Assembly: GCA_965213925.1 (NCBI GenBank)
Contig: OZ243927.1
Location: forward strand, 608,001 to 672,000
Origin: Trueperaceae bacterium
GTDB lineage: Bacteria; Deinococcota; Deinococci; Deinococcales; Trueperaceae
Direction: 5' to 3'
Length of the DNA: 64,000 nt
In this document: in pieces, positions 50,157-59,712 of the stretch
Numbering within the stretch: position 1 is the stretch's first letter
Layout of the letters: each line of letters starts with the position of its first letter
Translations under genes and position numbers: made by a program
Notes under the pieces: generated by a model
The model's database searches: none
Told to the model about the DNA's origin: nothing
What the model saw: only the letters and a program-made list of their open reading frames with translations

Positions 50157-51611
50157 GTGATGCAGAAACTCTACTGTTACGTCGTCTTTATACTTCTTTT
50201 TATCAGCTTAGGAGGGCTCGGCAGCGCGCAGACCGTGTCGACGCTCGAGGTGCGCGACAACCCCCACAACGTCCTCTCAGCGCTCGTCTCCTTAGAGGTG
50301 CTCGGCGCGTCTGAGGGCGCAGAGGTTGTGGTGCGCTACGAAACCGAAGGTGAGCCCACGGGCGAAACGCCCGCCTATTCAGTTGGGGAGGGCACGCAAG
50401 AGGTCACGGTACTCGGTCTATTACCCGAGACGACCTACGACGTTACCGCCTTTGTTAGCGGCGCAGGGGCTGAGGCGCAGTCCATCACCGAAACGTTCAC
50501 GACCGGTAGCCTTCCCGAGCCTCTACAGAACCTCACTATTGAAACGACGGGCGAGAGCCCGGATGGGTACACCCTCATCGAGACCTTTTTAGGACCTAAA
50601 TTCGCCTTTGCCTTCGACGGCGAGGGGCGCATCCGCTGGTACAAAAGCTTTGAAGGCGAACCCGCTCACTTCGAAACGAAGCTGCATCCGCACGGCAACT
50701 ACACGACGTTTGTGGGAACCTCCTACGGCTTTCAGCCGACGGACGGTCAGTTCGTCGAGTACACCCCGAGCGGCGAAGAGGTCGCCACGTACCAAGCTAA
50801 CGGTCCCCTCTACACCGACTCGCACGAAATTCTCCTAACAACCGATGAGAGCGGCGAGGTCGAATATGCGCACTTCTTTTCTTACGACCTGCGCCGCGTC
50901 ACCGAAGTGCCGCCCGTCGGTGGCGAAGTCGGCACGAGAACGGCGGGGCATCAGCTCTTGCGCCAGACGCCGGAGGGCAAGATTGACTTTTACTGGAACG
51001 CTTGGGACCACTTCGAGCTGGCGGACTGGACCCAGCCCAGGGGTGACCCCAACTACCAAGACTTCGACCACCCCAACTCGTTGGATTTCGACCTGGACGG
51101 TCACTACATCGTCTCGATGCGCTCTTTCGGGGCAGTCTTAAAGCTCAACGCGAAGACGGGCGCGCTCATGTGGCAGCTCGGCGGGCGAGGCAATCAATTT
51201 GAAATTTTGGATGACCCCTTGAACGGCTTTAGCGCGCAACACACCGCTTACATCACCGACGAGGGCAACTTGCTCATCTTCGACAACGGCATGACGCATG
51301 ACCCGCCTCAGAGCCGCGCCGTGGAGTATGAACTCGACTTAGAGGCGATGACCGCCAGGATGGTTTGGGAGTTTCGCCCTGAACCCAACGACGAGGTTTA
51401 CTCGCACATCGTCAGCTCGGCGGAGCGCTTTCAAAACGGTCACACGCTCGTCGGCTTCGGCGTCAAAGGGCGCATCTTCGAGGTGGACGCGCAGGGTGAA
51501 CCCGTGTGGGAAGCGTCGATCACGCGCCCTGACGATGAGGGTGAGCCGCAAGGCGTCCTCTTCTACCGGGCGAACCGTCTGCCATCTCTGCACGAGTTTA
51601 GAGAGCCGTAA
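50157..51611 (+). CDS. Secreted arylsulfotransferase (ASST)-like protein
   Basis: Signal peptide, NPHNVLSA, DSHE, DFDHPNS, QHTA, IFDNG and SRAVEY. Confidence 0.82.
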   Translation: MMQKLYCYVVFILLFISLGGLGSAQTVSTLEVRDNPHNVLSALVSLEVLGASEGAEVVVRYETEGEPTGETPAYSVGEGTQEVTVLGLLPETTYDVTAFVSGAGAEAQSITETFTTGSLPEPLQNLTIETTGESPDGYTLIETFLGPKFAFAFDGEGRIRWYKSFEGEPAHFETKLHPHGNYTTFVGTSYGFQPTDGQFVEYTPSGEEVATYQANGPLYTDSHEILLTTDESGEVEYAHFFSYDLRRVTEVPPVGGEVGTRTAGHQLLRQTPEGKIDFYWNAWDHFELADWTQPRGDPNYQDFDHPNSLDFDLDGHYIVSMRSFGAVLKLNAKTGALMWQLGGRGNQFEILDDPLNGFSAQHTAYITDEGNLLIFDNGMTHDPPQSRAVEYELDLEAMTARMVWEFRPEPNDEVYSHIVSSAERFQNGHTLVGFGVKGRIFEVDAQGEPVWEASITRPDDEGEPQGVLFYRANRLPSLHEFREP

Positions 51612-51628
51612 CCGTTAAAGAGACTCAG

Positions 51629-51832
51629 TACACTGTTAGCTAGAAAACGAGGTATGTCATTCTGAGCCCTACAGCGAGCTATAGGATAGACTCCACGTAG
51701 CGGAGAGAAAGAACCTCGTCCCCTATTCTCGACTAGCTGAGATTGCGAGTTACGGAGTTTTGGCAGAGCCAAACGAGACCCTTCGACAAGCTCAGAGTGA
51801 CAGCAGTGTCGCATTCCTTGCTTAACAGTTTA
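51629..51832. mobile_element. Family A MITE-like element (A4)
   Basis: TACACTGTTAGCTAG..TGTCATTCTGAGC..CGAGACCCTTCGACAAGCTCAGAGTGACA..TTGCTTAACAGTTTA. Confidence 0.78.
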
Positions 51833-51870
51833 CTCAACTTGCACCATAGTTCTGAGGTGCGATGTTCTCG

Positions 51871-51896
51871 AGAGGTTGACGAATTCGTCAACCTCT
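51871..51896. repeat. Perfect 26-bp palindrome
   Basis: AGAGGTTGACGAATTCGTCAACCTCT. Confidence 0.8.
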
Positions 51897-52059
51897 TCTC
51901 ATGCCCACGGTAGCGTAGTCAAATTAGCCTCTGTAACCTTTTTAGCATTGACGTCTCGCTTTTAGCGTGAGACACTGGTAAGGCTAAGGAATGGTGGGGT
52001 TCGATGTTCAGGGGAATAGTCAGACTAGTAGTAAGCAGACAGACAGTTAGACGCACGGT

Positions 52060-53324
52060 ATGAGACAACTTATCTTCCGCGTGCCCAGGGGCGAGGGCGA
52101 GCGGGTCGTCGCGGCGGCGGGGCGAACTTGAGCGGGCTCGAGGCGAAAAAGGGCGGGCTCGCTTTAGACCTCGTTTTCGTCTACGTCTCCAACCGCGAAG
52201 TCGAAGGGCTCCTGCGCGACCTCAAGTCGGTTGCGGACCTGCACATCGTTTTGCAGCCCTCCGGTACGCTGCCCTTGCATCCACCTACAGGCAGAGCCGC
52301 GCAGCAAGTTTTGGACATCCAGCCGCTCAGCCCCATTGAGGTCTTTTTGTCGGGCTTGCAGAGCATCGGCGCGTGGACGGGCTTTATCGGCTACGCCGTC
52401 ACCGCCGCCGTGATCGCCTGGATCGGGCTCTATACCAACACGCCCTACTTGCTCGTCGCCGCCATGCTGATCGCGCCTTTAGCCGGACCCGCAACGAACA
52501 CAGCGCTGGCGACGGCGCGGGGTGACCTGCACCTCTTCCGGCGGAGCTTGCTGCGCTATGTGATTGCTCTTTTCATCATCGCGGGCGCGGCGGCGCTTTT
52601 AAACCTCATCTTTGGTCAGCAAGCCGTGACGAGTCAGATGGTCGATATCAGCTCGGTCTCAGTCTTAGCAATTTTGTTGCCGCTCATCGCAGGGGGCGCG
52701 GGGGCGCTAAGCTTGATGCAGTCGGACAACAGCAGCTTGGTTTCGGGCGCGGCGGTGGGGATGCTCGTCGCCGCGTCGCTCGCGCCGCCCACCGCTGTGA
52801 TGGGGATGTCGGCGGCGCTGGGGCGCTGGGAGATGGTCCTGGGCGGGCTCTTCGTCGTGACGCTGCAACTGTTCGGCATCAACTTAGCGGGTTCGCTCGT
52901 CTTCCGGCTCTTCGAAATCTCGGTAGAGGAGCCCTACTTTCAGCGGGGCAACACGCTGCTCTTCCCGATCAATCTGGGCGTTTCTGCGTTGGCGGTTGGC
53001 GCACTGTTTGCCTTTCAACTCACCAGCTCGCCTGAGCTGGTGCGCTCGAGCTTAGCCCAGCGCGTCGCCTATCAAATGGGTCAAGCGGTGGACTCGAGCG
53101 GCGTCGCTCGGTCGGTCGACGTGAGCGCGAGCTTTACCCGCGCCAACATACCCGGTCAAGAGACGCTCTTGGGCATTATCTACGCGCAGCGACGTTCAGG
53201 CGTGTCAGGCGAAAGTGAGATGTTGGAGGCGCAACTCGAGGAGAGCGTCGGACAGCACCTGCAAACGGAATTTTCCGACTTCACTCCGCTCATCAGCGTC
53301 GAACTACTCGAGCCGCCAGAATAG
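52060..53324 (+). pseudogene. DUF389-family membrane protein, apparently frameshifted near 52120
   Basis: ATG 52060 MRQLIFRVPRGEGERV stops at about 52131; the main frame has LLVAAMLIAPL, GAAVGMLVAASLAPP. Confidence 0.6.
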
Positions 53325-53338
53325 GTGAAACAAGGTTT

Positions 53339-54412
53339 ATGCAAATTTTATTAGGTATCTTAGGTGTTGTTATCGTGCTCGCAACGCTACTAGACGTGAT
53401 CCAAAACACCCTCTTGCCGCGCGGCGGCGGGCTCTTCTCGGGGCGGATTTCTAACTTTATCTGGCGCGGCGCGCTGTGGCTGCACCGCCGCCGTCCATCC
53501 CATCAGGTGCTCTCGAGGATGGGTGTGGTGGTCTTGCTCAGCGTGGTCGTCTCCTGGGCCGTGCTCCTCTTGCTCGGCTGGACGCTGATTTTTAGCGCCA
53601 GCTTGCCCGCCGTCGTGGAGAGCCCGGTCGGGACGCCCGCCGACCTCTGGGCGCGGATTTACTTCACGGGCTACACGCTCATCACGCTGGGTCTGGGCGA
53701 CTACAAGCCGCAGGGTGCCTTGTGGCAAGTGCTCACGGTCGTCGCCTCCTCGACGGGTTTCTTTTTAGCGACGCTCGCCATCACCTACCTGCTCTCGGTG
53801 ATTTCGGCGGCGGTGCAAGACCGGGGGATGGCTCTGTACATCTCGAGCCTCGGCAAATCCCCCCACGACATCTTGAAGCGAACTTGGAACGGTGAGGATT
53901 GTAGCGATCTGACCGAGCATCTCGCCAGCTTGATGGAACTCATCGGCACGAGCAGCCAGCAGCACCTGGCGTACCCTATCGTCCACTACTTCCACTCGAC
54001 GAGCCGCAGCACCTCATCTTCGTTGCAGATCGCCTCGCTCGACCAGGCGCTAGGCTATCTGGAGCACGGCTTAACGGGCGGCTGCGAGGACGCCGCGAGG
54101 AAGATGCGCCCCCTGCAAGAGACGATCAGCGAGTATCTGGAGACGCTCGAGGTCGCCTTTATCGACGCCGCCGAGAACGCGCCCGACGTTCCCCCGGTTG
54201 GAGAACTGCGCGAGCACGGTTTTCAAACGGTGGACGAGGGGGAGTTCAGCGAGGCGTTAGAACGCTTTTCGGGGCGGCGCAGACTGCTCCTGTCACTCGT
54301 CGAGAAGGACGGCTGGATGTGGGATGAGGTGTGGGAGGAGAGCGACAAAGATTCGCCGCCCGACGACGAGGTTGACGACAACGAGGACATTAAAAAGGAT
54401 ATTGATGACTAA
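53339..54412 (+). CDS. Ion-channel (Ion_trans_2 / K+-channel-like) protein
   Basis: IYFTGYTLITLGLGDYKP pore loop and HLAYPIVHYF. Confidence 0.8.
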   Translation: MQILLGILGVVIVLATLLDVIQNTLLPRGGGLFSGRISNFIWRGALWLHRRRPSHQVLSRMGVVVLLSVVVSWAVLLLLGWTLIFSASLPAVVESPVGTPADLWARIYFTGYTLITLGLGDYKPQGALWQVLTVVASSTGFFLATLAITYLLSVISAAVQDRGMALYISSLGKSPHDILKRTWNGEDCSDLTEHLASLMELIGTSSQQHLAYPIVHYFHSTSRSTSSSLQIASLDQALGYLEHGLTGGCEDAARKMRPLQETISEYLETLEVAFIDAAENAPDVPPVGELREHGFQTVDEGEFSEALERFSGRRRLLLSLVEKDGWMWDEVWEESDKDSPPDDEVDDNEDIKKDIDD

Positions 54413-54881
54413 AGTGCTGAGGGTATTTTTTGGATTGTTCGGACTTCTTGTATGGAGCGGCGCAGCGGCGCAAGGGGTTTTGTCCCTCACGCAGAGGGCA
54501 CCCCTCGAGCTGGAGGCTTTTTCCGCAACAACAAACGGCGCGAGCGTCGAGATTGCCGTTGCTCTAACGAATACGAGTGACGAGAACCGAGTTGTGGGGG
54601 TGGCGGTAGGTGTCGTGATGGTTGACGCCTTTAACGACGTGATCGCGGTGGAGTACGGGCGTTGGACGGATGATCTGAGCACGCTAGCACCAGGAGAAAG
54701 TGCAGAGGTGACGGACAGCTTTGTCGAAACGCGGGCGGATGAGCTGTTCTCGAGCGCCCCTTTCGTCTACGCCGCGCGCTTCGAAGATGGTCAGGTCTGG
54801 AAGCAGGACTTGAGCGGTATAGCGACGGAGCTGCTGGGCCGCTTTGAGGTTGCGGTGTCCTCAGAAACCCTGCAGCCGTGA
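54405..54881 (+). CDS. Secreted hypothetical protein
   Basis: AAGGA RBS; ATG 54405 overlaps the upstream stop; signal peptide MTKVLRVFFGLFGLLVWSGAAA. Confidence 0.7.
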   Translation: MTKVLRVFFGLFGLLVWSGAAAQGVLSLTQRAPLELEAFSATTNGASVEIAVALTNTSDENRVVGVAVGVVMVDAFNDVIAVEYGRWTDDLSTLAPGESAEVTDSFVETRADELFSSAPFVYAARFEDGQVWKQDLSGIATELLGRFEVAVSSETLQP

Positions 54882-54918
54882 CTGTTAGCACGTCTAAAAT
54901 AGACTAAGTCGGAGTGCC

Positions 54919-55230
54919 GCAGATTTCAGCTCGCAGACCGGTCCCGCTCTCAGGTAAAACCTAGCGGGACAGCTTCGCTTGAGAACGGAACCTCATCTCC
55001 AAATGTACGTGCTAGTTATCGTTCATCCGTCCCTTCGGGAAACTTCGTAACGAAAGGGGACGAAGTTTTCGCAGGGCGAAACAGTGTTCTTTATAGTGAG
55101 AGCGTTGCTTCCAGTCAAGCTGGTACACGCTAGTTCTTGTGAAGCAAACGAACGGTCGCAGAACTCCGTACACCGTGACCAGATGCTACCTGCTATATCA
55201 TTGTGACCAGATGCTACCTGCTATATCATT
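54919..55230. repeat. Composite family B element (B4) with a family C piece and a 28-bp tandem duplication
   Basis: CATCTCCAAATGTACGTGCT..ACGAAGTTTTCGCAGGG..TGTTCT resembles 60833-60920; GTGACCAGATGCTACCTGCTATATCATT x2 at 55175-55230. Confidence 0.75.
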
Positions 55231-55381
55231 AAGAATGAGAGGTTCGGCTTGTGTGCTCGCCCCTAGTATCTCTAAGTAAAGTTTGCTTCCATAATTGCAA
55301 CGATGTGTGCCTAGTCACACACAATATTCTAACTGAAGAGTTACATCGCCTACACCGTCACCGAGAAAGAGGGGGTCACAG

Positions 55382-56257
55382 ATGAAAGCAACTTGGAACC
55401 TACTCACCCAGACTGCGTCGGAGTGGAGCGACGACAAGGCGTCGATGCTCGCCGCCGCGCTCGCGTACTACACGATCTTCGCGCTCGCGCCGCTGCTCGT
55501 GCTGGTCATCTCGATCGCGAGCCTCGTCTTTAGCGGGGCGGAAGCGCAGCAGACGCTTTTGACCCAAATCGAGCAGACCGTCGGACCGCAGGCGGCAGGC
55601 ATCGTACAGACGATGATCAGCAACCAGGGCGGGCAAAGCTCGGGCATCATCGCCACCATCATCGGCTTTGCGACGCTGGCGGTTGGTGCGACGGGCGTCT
55701 TCGCGCAGCTTCAGAGCGCCCTGAACCAAATCTGGGAAGTCGAGCCGAAACCCGACACAGGCATTTTACACATGGTCAAGATTCGGGCGACGGCGCTCGG
55801 TCTGGTGTTGGTCATCGGCTTTTTGCTGCTCGTCTCGCTCGTGCTCAGCTCGCTACTCAATGCGTTCGGCGGCTTTTTGAGCAGCACCTTGCCGGGCGGG
55901 GCGGTCCTCTGGCAGATTCTCAATTTCGCGCTCTCGCTCTTTGTCATCGCGCTGCTGTTTGCGCTGATCTTCAAATACCTGCCCGATGTAAAGGTGGCGT
56001 GGGGCGACGTGTGGGTGGGCGCGTTCGTGACTGCGCTGCTGTTCGGACTCGGCAGGTTCGCCATCAGTTTTTACATCAGTAGCAGCTCGACCGCTTCGAC
56101 GTACGGCGCGGCGGGCTCCTTGATCGTGTTGCTCCTCTGGATTTACTACTCAGCGCAAATTTTGCTCTTCGGCGCGGAGTTCACACAGGTCTACGGGCGG
56201 CGCTTCGGCTCGGGCATCAAGCCGGACGAACACGCCATGCGTCCTTCGGAGGCGTAA
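55382..56257 (+). CDS. YihY/BrkB family membrane protein
   Basis: AAALAYYTIFALAP, TYGAAGS and WIYYSAQILLFGAEF. Confidence 0.92.
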   Translation: MKATWNLLTQTASEWSDDKASMLAAALAYYTIFALAPLLVLVISIASLVFSGAEAQQTLLTQIEQTVGPQAAGIVQTMISNQGGQSSGIIATIIGFATLAVGATGVFAQLQSALNQIWEVEPKPDTGILHMVKIRATALGLVLVIGFLLLVSLVLSSLLNAFGGFLSSTLPGGAVLWQILNFALSLFVIALLFALIFKYLPDVKVAWGDVWVGAFVTALLFGLGRFAISFYISSSSTASTYGAAGSLIVLLLWIYYSAQILLFGAEFTQVYGRRFGSGIKPDEHAMRPSEA

Positions 56258-56261
56258 AAAG

Positions 56262-56392
56262 ATAGCAATCCAGTCAAGCTGGTTACGCAGTCGCCCGCAG
56301 GGAACGAACGGTCTTGCGAAGCAAACGGTACGGTGAGCAATGAATGAAACCCTTTAGACTCATTGCTCGTTGCTTTTTAACTCATTGCTCTT
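56262..56392. repeat. Family C dispersed repeat
   Basis: CCAGTCAAGCTGG..GAACGGT..GAGCAATGA..TCATTGCTC x2. Confidence 0.6.
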
Positions 56393-56445
56393 AATCAACC
56401 GCCCTCGAGACCTAACCACGTTATTTCGTAGGGCATAATCAACTT

Positions 56446-57369
56446 ATGAAAACTGTCTGGAGCCTTCTCAAGCAGACCGTCACCGAGTGGAACGAAGATC
56501 AGGCGACGGTCTTGGCGGCGGCGCTCGCGTACTACACTATCTTCGCCCTCGCGCCTACGCTCATCATCGTCGTGGCGGTGGCGGGGCTCGTGTTCGGGCA
56601 AGGGGAGGCGCAACAAGCGCTTTTAGACCAGGTGACGGAGGCGGTAGGGAGCGATGTGGCGGGGGTGCTGGGTACGCTGCTCCAAAACACCGCGCAGTCG
56701 GGCTCGGGCATCCTCGCGACGGTGATCGGCGTGGCGCTCCTCGTCTTCGGGGCGACCGGGCTTTTCGCGCAGCTTCAAAACGCGCTCAACAGGGTGTGGG
56801 GTGTGAAGCCCAACCCGTCGGCAGGCATCATGAACATCCTTAGAACGCGCGTTCTCTCGCTCGGGATGGTTCTGGTGATCGGCTTTTTGCTCCTCGTCTC
56901 GCTGCTGCTGAGCGCCGCACTCAACGTGGTCAACAATTATTTCAGCGATCTACTTCTGCTCCCCGGCGAAGAAACCTTCTGGCAAGTCATGAACTTCGCG
57001 CTCTCCACCGCCGTGATCACCCTTCTCTTCGCGATGATCTTCAAGTACCTGCCCGACGTACAGATCGCGTGGCGCGATGTGTGGGTAGGGGCGCTCGTCA
57101 CCTCTCTGCTCTTTTCGCTCGGTAAGTTCTTGATCAGCTACTACATCGGCACGAGTTCGGCAGCCTCCACGTATGGCGCGGCGGGCTCGCTTATCGTCCT
57201 CCTCTTGTGGATTTACTACTCCGCGCAAATTCTGCTCTTCGGCGCGGAGTTCACACAGGTGTACGGGCGGCGTTTCGGCTCGGGCATCAAGCCTGCCGAG
57301 TACGCGGTGCGCTCGGTGGCAGCTAGTGGGAAGAGTAAGGAGGAGCGAGAAACGAGCAATGAGCAATGA
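56446..57369 (+). CDS. YihY/BrkB family membrane protein, tandem paralog
   Basis: Same motifs as the upstream copy; leaderless CATAAT-6 nt-ATG. Confidence 0.92.
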   Translation: MKTVWSLLKQTVTEWNEDQATVLAAALAYYTIFALAPTLIIVVAVAGLVFGQGEAQQALLDQVTEAVGSDVAGVLGTLLQNTAQSGSGILATVIGVALLVFGATGLFAQLQNALNRVWGVKPNPSAGIMNILRTRVLSLGMVLVIGFLLLVSLLLSAALNVVNNYFSDLLLLPGEETFWQVMNFALSTAVITLLFAMIFKYLPDVQIAWRDVWVGALVTSLLFSLGKFLISYYIGTSSAASTYGAAGSLIVLLLWIYYSAQILLFGAEFTQVYGRRFGSGIKPAEYAVRSVAASGKSKEERETSNEQ

Positions 57370-57445
57370 GTCTTTGGATTCATTGCTCTGGCTCAACCTC
57401 TTCAACACACAATCAACCTTCTTAGGCGAGAGAGTGCACGGCGTA

Positions 57446-57473
57446 GTAGGGGCAATTCATGAATTGCCCCTAC
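57446..57473. repeat. GTAG-type REP palindrome
   Basis: GTAGGGGCAATTCATGAATTGCCCCTAC, with a compensatory change relative to 4671. Confidence 0.9.
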
Positions 57474-57632
57474 TGCATTTGCCTTCTTCTGTGACTTTTC
57501 CAGCGAGGTCTACCACTATTAGTAGACCTCTTATTAGTAGAACTCTCGAGACACAATCTTACAGTTTCATGAAGCGTCAGCATCAAGTCGCGTGACGCAG
57601 TTCCGCCGTTCTATCCGCGTCATACTGAACGT

Positions 57633-58628
57633 ATGGAATTCAAAACAGTCGTGGTTGGCGCGGGCATCGCAGGGTTGACGGCAGCGAGGGCTTTAGAGGA
57701 AGCAGGTCAAGAGGTCCTCGTTCTGGAGAAAAGTCGCGGTTTGAGCGGACGCGCCGCTACACGCAGGTTGCATCATCACGGAGTAGAGCACAAGGTGGAC
57801 CACGGCGCACAGTACTTCACCGTTCGGGACGAGCGCTTTCAAACGCAGGCGGATAGGTGGTTGGGGCAAGGTCACGCGGCGATCTGGTCAGAGGGCTTTC
57901 ACGCGCTTACGAGTGAGGGGTTGGAGGCTCCTTCAAGCGGGCACCCGCGCTATATTTTTCCTGACGGGATGAACTCGGTAGGTAAGCTATTGGGGGAGGA
58001 ACTCGAGATACGTACCGAAACCCGAGTTGAACGTCTGCTAAGAGGTGATAGGGGGTGGCGGCTCGAGCTAACTACCGGCGAAACTTTAGACGCCGAGCGC
58101 GTTTTAGTCAACGTCCCTGCTCCCCAAGCCTTGGAGCTGTGCCGCGACGCTGAGCTGTCCTCGGAGACAACGAACGCGCTACAAGAGGTCAAGTTTGCGC
58201 CTTGCTGGACGCTGATGGCAGGGTATCCAAAGCGTGACCTCTCGTGGCGCGGCGTCATGATCAAAGACGAAGAGGTCTCCCGAACGCTTGCGATAGTCGT
58301 CCGTAACAGCAGTAAACGGGGTGCTGAGGGTGACGAGACGGTGCTCGTCATCAACGGCAGTCCCGACTTTTCAGCCGAACATTTAGAAGACAGTCAAGAG
58401 GTCGTTAAAGAAAAGATGCTCGCAGCAGCGACGGCGTTAGGCGACTGGCTCGCCAACCCTAACTGGACGGACATGCAGCGCTGGCGCTACTCGATGGTGA
58501 CAGAACCCTACGAGGAACGCTATCTGAAAGAGGACGACTCGCTCCTTTTCTGTGGCGACTGGTGCGGCGGGGCGAAAGTGGAGGCGGCGTATCTGTCGGG
58601 GCTCGAGCTGGGTCAGGCGCTGACTTGA
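57633..58628 (+). CDS. Renalase-like NAD(P)/FAD-dependent oxidoreductase
   Basis: GAGIAG, EKSRGLSGRAATRR, DHGAQYFT, WRY and CGDW. Confidence 0.88.
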   Translation: MEFKTVVVGAGIAGLTAARALEEAGQEVLVLEKSRGLSGRAATRRLHHHGVEHKVDHGAQYFTVRDERFQTQADRWLGQGHAAIWSEGFHALTSEGLEAPSSGHPRYIFPDGMNSVGKLLGEELEIRTETRVERLLRGDRGWRLELTTGETLDAERVLVNVPAPQALELCRDAELSSETTNALQEVKFAPCWTLMAGYPKRDLSWRGVMIKDEEVSRTLAIVVRNSSKRGAEGDETVLVINGSPDFSAEHLEDSQEVVKEKMLAAATALGDWLANPNWTDMQRWRYSMVTEPYEERYLKEDDSLLFCGDWCGGAKVEAAYLSGLELGQALT

Positions 58629-58662
58629 CAGTGAAGGCGAACGAGAGGGTGGGTGTTCTTGG

Positions 58663-58744
58663 AGGTGTCCCGTTTTGTGTGTACGCGAAGAGCGTCTCTC
58701 ACGGCTCTTGCGTTACTGCGTGCACAAAACGTGGTACACCGCCT
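58663..58744. repeat. Family D hairpin element, uninterrupted copy
   Basis: GGTGTCCCGTTTTGTGTGTACGC...GCGTGCACAAAACGTGGTACACC imperfect inverted repeat. Confidence 0.75.
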
Positions 58745-59054
58745 GGAGGATGCATCCAACCTCTCTCTCCCTGCGTATCTTCTGATAACACGCTTTAACA
58801 CCTCCCTACACACCCACTTAGAGCGTGGTACCCCGCTCCCTACTTCCTAGCGACCTCTTCCGCAACGTCTTACGTCTATCTGGAGCGGGGTTTTCTATGT
58901 TTTGCCACGGACTTCCTGATGACCTCTTCTCCGCTGATGCGATCCGAACATTTTGCGGCTCGTCCGTCGCGAAAACTCCCTTTTGCACCTCTCTAACGCC
59001 CTATACTAAGAAGTATGGACGCACTTATTTGGACCTATTCAGCTCAGGTGAACG

Positions 59055-59690
59055 GTGCTTGACGCGCTCTTTAACGTGACTACGCGCCCGGTCAGCTTCT
59101 TTCGTGAACTGGCAGAAGGCGAAAAGGTGGGCGGTGCGATTTGGACCGTGCTGCTCGTGTCGCTTGTGTCGGCGGCGGCGAGTTACTTTCTCGGGCTGCC
59201 CTTTCAGGAGGCGCTCGCTAGCGCACCTTTCGCCGCGCTGACACCAATTATCACGGCGGTAGCAGGCTTCTTCACACCTCTTATCACGTGGCTCTTTTAT
59301 GGGCTCTTGGTGCGCATCGGCGCGGGAATGGAGGCGAAGCCGTGGGCGGTGGCGGGCTACGCGCTCGCGCCCCAACTCGTACTCAGCGCGTTGCTTTTAA
59401 TCATCGTCATCATGTTTCCGATCGAAATTACACCTATCGACATCGACGTGAGTGACGAGGTGGCATCTGAAGCGGCGAACGCGCGGGTGCAGCAGGAGAT
59501 CGCCTCGAGCGTCGCCGGACGCGCCGGGCAGCTCATCGGCTACGTGGGCACGCTCTGGTGGATCGTCCTCATCTTTTTGGGCGTGCGCGAGACAGCCAAT
59601 CAGCAGCAAGCGATTCGGGCGACGTTTCTCGTCGGGATGGTGGCGGTCAGCTTCGCAGTCGGCTCGTTTATCTTCGCGCCTTCTTCATAA
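59055..59690 (+). CDS. Yip1-domain membrane protein
   Basis: RPVSFF..., about five TM helices, GYALAP; upstream of an efflux operon (YknW-like position). Confidence 0.75.
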   Translation: MLDALFNVTTRPVSFFRELAEGEKVGGAIWTVLLVSLVSAAASYFLGLPFQEALASAPFAALTPIITAVAGFFTPLITWLFYGLLVRIGAGMEAKPWAVAGYALAPQLVLSALLLIIVIMFPIEITPIDIDVSDEVASEAANARVQQEIASSVAGRAGQLIGYVGTLWWIVLIFLGVRETANQQQAIRATFLVGMVAVSFAVGSFIFAPSS

Positions 59691-59712
59691 TGTTGCCGCA
59701 TAATTGTGAGCC

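Noticed and set aside
55175..55230. CRISPR array
   Set aside because: Only two 28-bp units, adjacent with no spacer, and no cas genes. No regularly spaced repeat array is seen anywhere in the window.
33228..55345. Shared GTCACA/GTTACA motif upstream of stress genes (33228, 46724, 55314)
   Set aside because: Spacing is inconsistent and the words are too short to support a regulon by eye.
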